From Diadema antillarum (lineage: Eukaryota): a stretch of DNA of 64,000 bases. A program made the position numbers and the translations under genes. Numbering within the stretch: the first letter of the stretch is position 1; every line of letters begins with the position of its first letter. Under the pieces are notes generated by a model that had not been told where the DNA came from, searched no databases, and saw only the letters and a list, made by a program, of their open reading frames with translations. The stretch is from NCBI RefSeq assembly GCF_040938485.1, contig NW_027271045.1, positions 744,001-808,000 of the forward strand. The letters are read 5' to 3'. This document shows, one piece after another, positions 21,717 through 33,641 of this stretch.

Positions 21717-24700
21717 TCAACATGGTGAATCAGCCATCAGTCCCTGTACCATGCCTTCCTTCTCGTCGCCTCCCGTCTTCAGGTCGGGATGCATCCCGCA
21801 TTTGCCTGCGAGCCAGATCCTCAGTTTGTAGAACCCGTACATCATGGCTTGCAGCACCAGGAGCGAGAGGATCATCCCAAGGGATACTCCTCCGGCTGTA
21901 CCCGGTTCGTTGCCGTAGTCTAAGAAGGGCCAGATATACGGCTTGCCCTCGGAATTGGTCCCGCCGCACGCCCAGTATATGACGGTAAAGAAGTCGAAGA
22001 GGAGGTCGAAGGCGATTGGGTAGATGAAGTGCCAGAAGCGCACGGGCGTTGCGGTGATGAAGAGCTCGACGAAGCTGAGGATCATGGTGAGGATGTGGAC
22101 ATTGAGCTCGGAGAGGTCCGTACTCTGGGGAGAGGTGTAGAGCGTGGTCCAGTAGATGATGGTGACCAGGATCGACATGGGTACCGTGGTGTTGAAGAGG
22201 AACCACTGGATCTTGTAACTCAGTGGGGTCTCTGTCGTGGAATAAACAGACATGTTAAGAATCAAACTGAAGGAAATTCACTCTCAGTTTGTACGGTAAA
22301 CGTGTGCTGTTATAAATTGGACCCCTGGTTGGGTATTTTACAATTTCATTTGACCAATCTTACACGATATCTTGGTTCTTTCTATTCCACATGACGCCAT
22401 CCGGTATTACTTTAGGTCTTTGCGAAAATAGAACGCGCACATATTCAAAACAAAAACCAGCCGCAAATAACTAACAAAGGATCATTTACGTTACATTTTC
22501 ATAAATAACTTCATACATCTTCTTCATGGCTCTGATCAGGATACGATTCCTGCAGACAATGCTTCCGTTTTAATTGTCATAGTTTTGAAAACACGTACAT
22601 AGCCTCCCTTCACTGAAGGATAGTTGAAAATTTTCTCCATACCTTTCACTTGAATTTGGTGAGCACTATGCTCTTAGTTACTAGTAGTATCCTCCAAATC
22701 TGTTCATCACACATAGAGACACACCACCGGTGGCACCCACACACATTATACGTACACCCACAATGTGCACACATTATACACAGGCATACACACACGCAAA
22801 GACAGCCATACAAAAACATACCGTCTTCGTCCTCCTGCTTGACTGCTGGTTCCTCCTTCGGCTGCTTCTTGAACTTCTTGAGGAGCTTGCGGAGCCCGCC
22901 CTGCCGCTGTCGCTCCCTCTCCTGCTTCAACCGCTCGAGGTGGTCCTTGCGAAGACTCACGATGAGGTTGGCGGTGGCCACGGCAAAGTAGCAATCAAAG
23001 GCGAAGTTTTCCCACGTCGACAGGTAGATGAAGTGGCGACTGCCATCCTTGGCGACCCCGCGCACGAGGGCGTAGATGAAGGAGGCAAAGACGCAACAAG
23101 TGGAGAGGACACGGTATGTGACGAAGAGCCAGACTGGTAGACGCCACTAGAAGGAAAGTGGTAGTAGAGGAGCATCGAAGTAATAAACATGCAATGTTTT
23201 ATGTATAATCTCTCTCTATATATTTTTTTTTGTTTTCTGTAAAGATACTATTGTTACATTTGACTTTATTTCCCCTATTTCGAACTCAAACTTAAAAAGC
23301 AGATCTTAAGACACCGTTTTTAGTGCGTGTGTGTGTATCTGTGTGCGTGGCACCTGACAGTGGTGTAGTTGCAGACTGGACATGAGGTTAATGTGCCGGT
23401 GGCTTCCTGTAATGTTAATGAAACAAGAAAAAAAAATGCCCTTCAAGTGACATTTCTGAGGGCTTTACGCCAACTTTAGCACTTCATTTCACGAAGGCAT
23501 GATGCAAATCTGACTTTCGACGGCATTCGTTTGTAAAGTTAATCACTCTTTCACCGTCTTTAGATTATCAGAGACACTCATTGGCAACCTAAGAATGTAA
23601 AGAACACAGATTTTGCAAGCACACTTCAAGCATGTCAAGAGCGTTTTTAACAGAAAATTGTAAGAAGAAGAGGCAGAAAAAAAAATTGATCAAAACAGGG
23701 CAATATTTTCATTTTTTTTCCACAACGTCATTTCACGGACACGGATCCGACGAAGTACACGCGTTAGGCCTGCAATCAGAGTATACCCAATTGAATTAGC
23801 CTTGACAGCGTTATCATTGCTTCTTTGATGGGTCTTGACGAGAAATTTCCTCTCCCATATCCTGAAAGAGAGATTATCGCCGGGGATGTATATGGTCCCT
23901 TCTCCTCGAGCTTCAATCTCTCGGCCACTTACTCGACGCGGCTCACCATCACTCAACGATTTATTGCCGGTATTGACTCTCGTGAAAAGCCAGACTTCCT
24001 TCCGTCTCGTTAGCACTCTGTACTTAGTCATCCGTGTGGAACATACCACTCCTCGATGACAACTTCTGAATTCAAGCTCATTACAGTTCGCTAAAACAGG
24101 AGTGATATGTAAAATATTGAAGTACAATATAAGGTGATAACCATCTTCACATCTCTTTGTACAGATATATAACGGATGTCAATACGATTGTTCGTGTTAA
24201 AAAAATTATCAGTCCTCATGAATTTTTAAAAATGAAGTATCTGAAAGGGCAAGAGTATTTATGTATGTATGATAATATTATGATAAATGATAGAGAAAGG
24301 AAGATATAAATAATCGCGCACGCACGCCAATAAATTCCAGAGACACCAACAGATATAAGATTACATCTATTTCACTCATTTCCCGAGGTATAGGCATTAG
24401 TTTCACAGCTTGTTCCCGGTAATTAAGTAGAGGGCTCAAGATTTCCCACTCCTAAATCTCGAACTGTAAATTCCTCTAATGCTTGCGTGTCGATAGTTTA
24501 CATTGTTTACAAGTCGTTAAGAGGTGTGATCCAGTCAGGGATGTGGATCTCTTCCACCTTCCTGATCCAATCAAGCTGCAAACGAGAAAAGTTTCTTCTC
24601 ACCTGCGCCTCGTGAAGACGCTGCTTTCCTTCCGTACCTAACACTCTCACAACCACCTGTCTGCTTTTCCTCACTATCACTGATAATTAAGTAGGAAGGG

Positions 24701-26138
24701 GCGAACCTATATATCATAAAATAAAAACACTTACCTTGCACGCTGCTTTCTTTCACAATGACGTTACAAGATTAAGCATGAACATCTTTCATTAGATAAA
24801 CTAAAAAGGAAAAATTCCTGAGACAACGAGCTCTTCTTTTCTTCATGTTGCATATTGTGTAACATTAAAACAATATCTTTCAATGATATATGACCATGAA
24901 GATCACAATAACTAAAGGTAGCAGCAATGTGACAGTAGAGACAGAAGAAGGTTTAGAAGCTTCAGATTTTTACAATGGGCACTCTTACCCACTTATGTCT
25001 TGCTACTTTTTTTTTCATTATTTCTTGGGATGCACAATATTTTTAAACGCCTCTGCTGATTCTGACTATAATCCAACAAAGAAGAATTTCGGGATCGCTC
25101 TATAGAAATGTGCCGATCATGTACACATTGTAATATGTGCGTCTTAAGGGCCAAATTTCATTAATGTTATCAAGAAAAACCATGTTGATGTAGTCTCACT
25201 GCATGTCACGCCCACCCTAGCTGTTATACTCCGAGGGACCAAGATCAGCATTGGACTGACAGTTCGCTCTATCTTTAGCACACGGATGTTGGCAAGGTTT
25301 TTGGAAGCATCGGAAATTCGATTTCTGGCGAGGAAAGATCGAGAGGGAAAGCTGAAAGTGGAGAGAGATGAAGATGATATACCTAGCTTACTTTTTCCAA
25401 GGACACACATTAAACGGTAACGATCCTTCGTTGTGTATCATAAAGAGGGACAGTTTTGCGATGTGTTGAACATCGAGATGGTAATATAGCAAAAATATCA
25501 GACTCAGTTTGCACGAGTTAAAACCCGTCGAGGTTCGACGATACAGATCTGCATCATGTTTAATTCAGTGTCCAGCAGTTTATGTAACCAATACGTATGT
25601 TGTGACAACAACATACAAGAGGACAATTATCACATTTCATTCAAACTGCCTTTGGAAGTAATTCTTCGTTACAACTTTTGTTTGTTCTGGTCTGTACTAT
25701 ACTTGATATCAGCCATGAACACGCACACAAAGCGAAAGTATACTTACCAAAAGCCACCATGGGAATTCGTCCAGGTGCCGAAGTCACCTGCAATCAAAAT
25801 TAATGCTCCTGCTTCTCGTTTTCATGGAAACCAAATAATGTCGAAGTCTCAAAATGGTCCTTAAAGGCACAGAAATCTGACTGGGAGTCACTAGTTTTGA
25901 AACCTCGAACGATAAGGGTACCCAAGCAACAACGATGTTATCACCAAATAAAGAGAACTACGTGCACACTGCGCCCTGCCGTTCAAGAACGTGACACACA
26001 ACTTTTTTTTTTGGGGGGGGGGGGGAAGTTGATAACCCTGAAATAGATTTTTATGAATAAACTATAAAGAAAACAAACTTAGAGGAAGAGTTTGCCACTT
26101 GGAGTCAGGAGGAAGTGTATGTGTGTGTGTGTGTGTGT

Positions 26139-26185
<47 letters not shown>

Positions 26186-29100
26186 TGCACGTACGTTTGC
26201 AAAGCAATACATGGCTGCAAATATTTCCAATGTTTCATCTTGGATGGCTGCCATGCTACAATATGTCAGAGGTTATTTCATCACTCTAAATGAAGATGGC
26301 TCTTCTGGCAACAATATATCTGCCAAAGATGAATATTCTGCTAGTGCGATAGAAACGGAAAATGTGTATGCGGAATCCCGATATTCATCTGATTTGCTAT
26401 TTTCGCGTTGAAATATACAGCAACATGTCACAACTTAGTGAAACCGAAGTCGTCAGTTTACCAAACGTGGGAAGATAACATCGAAGTAACGCCATGGTAT
26501 CATAATAACACTGTCTTTTTCCTTCCTATATCGACACGAGGGAGAATATCCACGAATCTGCCAGGGGACACACTATGGATACCCACTTGTACTTTCATGC
26601 TGTAATACAACATACGGTATGCAGATATACTGGAAAAGAGGGGAGTATCGGAGTAAACAGGAGACGAATGTAGAATGAAGAGAAAGAGAAGTTTGTTATA
26701 CGAGTCCAAACTTGGCAGGCTTCTGCAGTTCATGATGAGTATCACGACCTGAGAAAAGTAGGATGATTTGCCCATTCCCCGGGCAGTTTTCTACAGGATC
26801 TAGGACAAAGATTCCTCGTTTTCCCGTCTCGTTTGCAGTTCAAGGCTACTTGGCACCACACTGGTGTCAGGACTTTAACGACAATGGCCTATAATATACA
26901 TTGTATATGTCATTCTACGTAGAGAGATATACCATTCGGAAGGAGTGTACTTGTGCTTTTTTATGTGTTTTGTGTGCTTTGTGCGTTTGCGTGTGCGTTA
27001 CATTATTGAGGCTTGCATAGGTCACTTCCTTTAGCATTTGAAGCCAAAGATGTTTGCCTTTTTATTCGAAACCAGCGAGATACGTTTTCAATCAAAATGG
27101 ACATCTAGACACAAACAAAATCTAAAAACTGCAATAGTCACACGGTCATGCTCTCAATGATAATACATTTATATGTATGAGTTTTGTTTTCATTTCCGAT
27201 ACATTTATGTGGTATTTTATCCACGACGGACCTGCGGAAGAACAGTATCCGGGCTGAAGTACGTTNNNNNNNNNNNNNNNNNNNNNNNNNNNNNNNNNNN
27301 NNNNNNNNNNNNNNNNNNNNNNNNNNNNNNNNNNNNNNNNNNNNNNNNNNNNNNNNNNNNNNNNNNNNNNNNNNNNNNNNNNNNNNNNNNNNNNNCCTAA
27401 ATATTAGTGCGTGTGTGTGTGATGATTTTTTTTTAAATAACTGTATAGGTAGGCCTATATGCAAACAATACAGAACTTCTCTGCTGAGAATAATGTACGA
27501 CGAGTGCCCACATATCAAAACGTGTTCTTACAAGAGAAATGTAGCTCAACCACACAGATGTGTGCAAAAAAAAGGAGAAAATTTCAAATGGTGTTTGTTC
27601 TTTTGACATTTACAAAATGTAAACAAGCACAAAAAGTTTGAATGCACTCATATAGTTTCTTTAAGTATTAATCAATTTCAAACATATAACATACGTTATT
27701 GAATTATTTATGATTAGAATCTTTAGTCGTGAATGATTGCAATATTCGCATTAAACTCCCAGTGAAGAAGTTGCAAGTTTACTTGTTTTTTTTTCCATTT
27801 TTCAGATGATTATGGAATCATGGTTACTGTGAAATAATATAATAATTTTGGTCATGTGGTATTTGTTTACATTCCCTAAAACGTATTTTCCGCGAAATGA
27901 TTATAGCATATTGTTTTTTCTATTTCTCCTCCAAAGCATCAAAAGAAAATTATACATAGATAGTATCCACTTGTCATTCATCACTCGTATTTTGCGGCAA
28001 ATGATAAAAATAAAAAACAAAAGCAGTTCTAAATATTACAATATATAACAAATTAACCAGCATTAACCAGATATTGAATTGGTGACTTAAGCTCTCAAGA
28101 ATTATGCTGGAGACAACATATGGTTTCAAGAGACAAAGGTATATCTCTTCAACAAAGAAGCAACGCACGCATGGGACATAAGGAGGGCAAGCCTTCTTTA
28201 AAGGACGTTTCGACTTTGACGTCATTGAAAAGAAAGAGATTCTAAAGGCAGATTAAAATCCACCACGTGCTTTAAGTAAAAGGGCATGGGCCTGATTGAT
28301 TGGGTTATTTTTTGCCGTAATTGGCATTTCTTGAATAAACTTATGATTTCGTAACGAGGTCGCAAGGTTAAGATTGTGGACTCATTACATCTATATTTAG
28401 CTGCTGAGAGCTTTTCACGAAACCTTATCGATGATTGTCCAAAAAGTCGGTCATCGTGACGATGGGGGATTTTCTGATGAACAATATCTCAGTGTTCTTT
28501 CTCTCGTATAATAACTTTTCTTTCACCTAGGTATAACCTGCAATACAATATAAATCACAAATGTCGACTACCATGATCAAATAAACATTAATAATTTCAC
28601 GGTTCACGAAAATCAATAAGAGTCATACCAGGTAGAGTATGTTAAACATTTTCACATGCACACACTGGCTTAGCGACGTATTAATCAGTGAGTGAGACCC
28701 TGTTAACAGACTTTTTTTTTTAAAAGCTGATATTTAAAAGCAAAATGGGATCCAAATTGTCAGGTACGTTCAACTCTTCTCTCTTTCTGTATAACTTGGT
28801 GATTCCCCTACTATATAGGGGTAACTTTCCCCTTTCTATTCGGTGGCATGACTTCTTGTGACACTGTAGGGCCTACTTAATTCCTTGAAGTCTGAATACG
28901 ACCAGCCATGCCGTAGGCAGGTAGCTGTATTAAGTGCTCTTTGAATCTGCGGAGATTTGCCAATATCCTCGCACGTCCAACGTCTTTCCCACTGAGAGTA
29001 AAGGTTAAGAAAAGGTTAAGATAGAAATATTCTTAGATTCCCCCTTCCCATGAAGTGACGGATTTTCCTTTTATTATTCTATAATATCTGATACATTTAC

Positions 29101-31404
29101 AAAAGGAAACATTCATTCTCGACAGACAAAGCATGCAGAGATATTATCTTGAGTATTTGGATGACCGTGTGCAGGGTACCGACACGTCTTAAAAGAGTCA
29201 ATGTTTTTGTCCCAAATTGGCAAATTTGTGATTTTCTTTTTCGTGCATGATTATCTGCATGTTTACATTTCTTACTCCTTTAAAGAACCACGGTCGAAAT
29301 TCAAAGTTGCCATTTTGATCAAAATTACCTAAAGATTTGATTGCAAAGAGAAAAAAGAGAGAAAAAGCCGGCACCTGTTGGTTTCTAACCACTAGACACT
29401 CGGCCTTGTTAAAGGTTGATACGTTCCCTCTCATCTTTACCATCTTGTAGCAAAAAGTCAGATTTCACAATAGAAGAACCTTTGGTTTCTTCTGACTAAC
29501 CGACCCGTGAGTGTGTATGACTAAGCCAGCCTCGGTTGTGAAGGTGGGCTGATTTTTGAAAAAAAAAAATCCACACGATGCAGGATTACCTGTATGTTGT
29601 ACTGCTACCTTAAAATTGATATGATACTAAATGTTTTGAATATTGTTTAAAAAATAATTTAGATATAGATGGATTGATTGAATTCCTCATATCTTTACTA
29701 AAAGTGAGAATCATAAATGAGAAAGGTTTCTATAAAACGTGGCAAACTTTCGAAATCAGGAGAGCTTAGACAAGAAGGCGATAAACCTGATAGTATTATC
29801 AGTAAATGTTAGAACTTGAGGTATAAACCTAATAAATCATAGGCTTGACGCTTTGTAACTGTCTTACCTTCACGATAAGGAAATAATGACAGGATTCCAT
29901 TTCTTCTCACTATCTCAGTAAGCTGACATTAAAGCCCTTATGGACTTCATAAATTATAATGAGCTGTTTCATTTTTTTTCTAAGGGCATTCATTTCAAAG
30001 AACATTGTTAATCATGCGAGGTTTGACCTTTGTGGTTTACACGAGATACAAGAGAAGACTGTCATATAATCTAGGATCAGATGATGATACATAAGAAATG
30101 ACGAATTCTGGTCATCACCTATCATGCTTATTTCCACATGTCGTATGTCAAAATACCGTATACGGTATTTTGACGTATACGTATACCAACAGTTCAATGA
30201 TGTGAAAGAGCTTTGAATTTTTATTCGAAAGAGTAAAGATTCGAGAGTTACAATCACACTGATGAGGTAACGGTTTGTCTTGAGTACTTCAGAGAGTGAC
30301 GGACGATGTTTTTCTTTTATGTTCTTTCCATGCACCTTTCCAACCACAACTTGACCACAGTCTTCTTACGCAAGCTTGAAACGGCTGTCACACGCTTGAC
30401 ATTAAAGGGTATTAGGTAGTTTTGCTCTCTGCCCACCAATCTAAGCCCTGTCTTTAAAAATGCTCCTACATGATGTCTTACTGGTGGAGAATCCAGAGCA
30501 GATTGATCCGGTTTCACATGTAAAGTGCGACGATTGATTTCGAGCGAATGACAACGAAAGGAAAACGAATATATTTCGTTTTTTAACTATCAAAACAATT
30601 AGATAAATCTCTCGCTCATCTTCATCAGTTACCAATTTGGTTGAAGACCACGTTAATCAAATGATATATGCTGTCATTAGAAACTTGAAGATCAACGAAA
30701 TGTGTGCATAATTGTCTCGAGTGTTAAAACTGCTTTCCAGAAGGTGCGGTGATTATTTTACGAAGTCATTTCCAGGAACCCATCAAAACGCATGGGTTAA
30801 GGGTAACATCGTCGTAAATCGTGGGCAAAACATCTAGCCCAGAAATGAATGCACATAGGTAGGACTGGAACTCTGACCTTCTGTTTAAAAATCAAGAGTC
30901 TTATCCACTACACCACATTACTCCTACCTGATAATAACGTCAGTGGAGTAAAACATTTAAAACACCATCTGCAATCATGTACCTGTGGAAATTCCCGTGA
31001 GTACCACATAACATAGAGATAAGATACTTTACAATGTACGTCAGGCACAATGGCATAATGGATGTACAACAGTGAGAAAGGAGTAACGATTTACAGAACA
31101 ATACTTGTCATCTTTCTAACAACTATCAGCTGAGTGGACAACTTTTCTGCTTTGGATGGTTAAAATGCAATTTGGAAAAAATGTTAAAGAGTAAAAGAAT
31201 ATTTGTGATAACAAATTTACAAACACCACGCTATAGAAAAATGTGCAATGAATTTGAAAAGAAATCAGATATGTACACACAGATGACGGTTGCCATGGTT
31301 ACCTGAGGAGTGTAGAAGACCTTCGGAAACTCGTGCTTAAGGCCGAACCACGATTTCTTGACGGGGAACTTCTTGGCAGCAAAAACCTTGAAGAGTGATT
31401 CCAT
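21717..31404 (-). CDS. rost: Rolling stone-like membrane protein, paralog 2, 313 aa (exons 31404-31303, 23146-22822, 22231-21717)
   Basis: Exon 1 MESLFK...SWFGLKHEFPKVFYTPQ|gtaacc joins in phase 0 to ttctag|WRLPVWLFVTYR...HFIYLSTW. Donor G|gtatgt (phase 1) joins gacag|AG...QWFLFNT...IIYW...NVHIL...HFIYP...YW..GG....G.PYIWPFLDY. Total 942 nt, in frame to the stop. Confidence 0.88.
26117..26185. repeat. (TG)n-(CG)n-(TG)n compound microsatellite
   Basis: Nearly uninterrupted purine-pyrimidine alternation including a CG-repeat core. Confidence 0.95.
27266..27395. other. Assembly gap (130 N)
   Basis: Run of n. Confidence 1.
30858..30924 (-). mobile_element. Degenerate tRNA-derived SINE head
   Basis: Minus strand GGAGTAATGTGGTGTAGTGGATAAGACTCTTGA...GAGTTCCAGTCC; resembles the head of the SINE at 16118. 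Confidence 0.45.
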
Positions 31405-33589
31405 AATCGCAAATAAATTTTGATTGTAGACGACTTGTTGGAGATATCCTTGTCGATGGGCAATAAGTGAAAGTGTTTATATCTCTTTTTAAGTTTTCGT
31501 TGATCACAAGAACACAAAATAGTGGTCGTGTTCTTTCCACACTTTTAACACAAAGAGGTCTGTGGATTTTCCGTCTACAGAAAAAAAAAGAACTCTGGGA
31601 AATCTGAAACAACTGATTACACCTTTCAGACCAAGATGATTTGCAGAGAAATTCGGTCGTTCAGATCAGGCAGCAACGCATTCAACTTGTGGCTCTCAAT
31701 ACATGTATCAATCGTTAAAGATGCGGAGTGTAATGTCGCATGCTTAAGAGTCAGTGTTCTCGGGCCTTTCAAGGTGATAGCGAAGATGATCATAGCATTG
31801 CAACACAGCAAATGACGAAGACACGATCTCTTGTGGGGAGCAGTCCACTTATAACCCTACACCTGCTCTCGGTTCAAAATCGTCGACCTACAGGGGCATG
31901 ACACATTGCGCGTTCTGGTGCGTTCGCCAAATGGACCCCCTCCTCCCCGACACCGTTTGAACGGTATGAGCCTTCCGCTAACAGCAGAGCTCTTATGTAG
32001 GATTAATCACTTATCGTGGACGGACGGGTGGAGCAGAGATGGCTAGCAGGGGAAAGTGACTTAGGCCTCAACCTTCGCCGAGAGTCAGACAAAAATGGAG
32101 GGCTCCTGTTGCAAATGAGTGCAAAGAAGTCACCTAGCAGATGTTGCGGTTTAAGGTGCGATCAACAGACCTTAATATAAAAGGTTCAGAATTGAAATTT
32201 TGGTTCGAAAATACCTGACAGATTCAAGATTTCCACTTCACAAAAATGTCAGTCTCTGAACACATTTCTTTCTCGTTTCCCTGAAGGACAGAAAGATTAT
32301 TAACGTTTCACAATCTCCGTGTCAACGAACTGTTTATTTAATCTCCATGACGAAATTATTTTTGGAAATAAAGTGCACATTAAAAGATAGCAATGTGCAC
32401 GTTAATGAATGAGTGCGTTTTTGTGTTATATGTATATGTGTGTGACATATCGAGAGAAGAAAAGATTGAATATTTATGCAACTCTAAGGAAAGATTCAAG
32501 ACAAAAAAAAGAGTCATCAGTAAACGCGATTTTGATTAAGTATGTCATTTATAGCAATCGTCATTTTTTCCTCGTTTTTTGATCATGGCATTCTATTTTC
32601 ATTTTCAAAGATGGAGTCCTATGAGCTGGGGAAACTTGAGTAAAATTTGGAGATTCTTTGTGAAAGGGTATGATATTATGCACCAGGGTTCTTCCTGCAT
32701 GCTTTCCAGGGCTGCCCCAGGAGACTTGAACATACATCCCCTTGCTTCAGCTCCGACGAGCCGTATCCAATGCCTGGATTCCGGGACAACACGGTGCTGT
32801 ATTAATAGATTACCCGGATACTGACTCACTCGTTTATTCGTGACCGTATAGCTCCCCGAGACCCGTTCTCCTATTCATGGAAGGCTGCAGGAACCACGGA
32901 CGGACGGGAGACGGATTTCGAATCTTATATACGTTCAAAGATTTGAGGTTGGCACAAGTTGCCAAGAACTGGGGGACGGGATGGAAGGGGATTCGAAGGG
33001 TGAGAAGTTTAAGAAGGGACCAGAGAAGGGAGAGCACCTTTCATGATTTGAATTGAGAAATGTTTCAATGATGAAGTTGACGCTTGCATCCACTTTCAGC
33101 AGAGGTCATAAGAATCTGTTGATATCATACCATTAAATCATTACTTCTAACAGCAGCAAAAAACAATAATCTGATTAACCTTCCCACATTCGACCTCATT
33201 TAATGTGCTTGTGCAAACTACACTGCTAAATAGCAAGTATTAGATGACATACTACATGGTATACTACACATAAATTCACTTGCGTGCGTGCAGTGTACGT
33301 ATGTATGCGATGTGTGTAAGTGATTGTGCTTGACTTCTTTTCTGCAAATACCCCCACAAGCATCTCCTTTTCTGTAGGTTCCCCGCACAATTAATAATCT
33401 TAATCAGTCAATATGAATGTTACGTACTGTAGACTAATTTGAATCCATATTGTATCCTGAAATATTACTTTAAGTCTGTACACACTCAATTTTCAGATAT
33501 GTGTTACTCTTCATTGATCTCTAAATGTATGTTACAAATGTGTGGAAGCTTGATTAATGAAATGGGGGAAAAATCAAGTGAATTATAAT

Positions 33590-33592
33590 ATA

Positions 33593-33637
<45 letters not shown>
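33590..33637. repeat. (TA)n microsatellite
   Basis: Direct observation. Confidence 0.95.

Positions 33638-33641
<4 letters not shown>

Noticed and set aside
21722-23190. Overlapping ORFs 21722-21982, 21730-22206, 22029-22394, 22650-22991, 22730-23140, 22746-22994
   Set aside because: Shadow ORFs caused by the high GC3 of the real rost exons.
23354-23383. Alternative ATG mini-exon MSSLQLHHCQ for rost paralog 2
   Set aside because: Weak donor (gtgcca) and no family motif; the exon at 31404-31303 matches the expected FG..H..P..F...Q| pattern much better.
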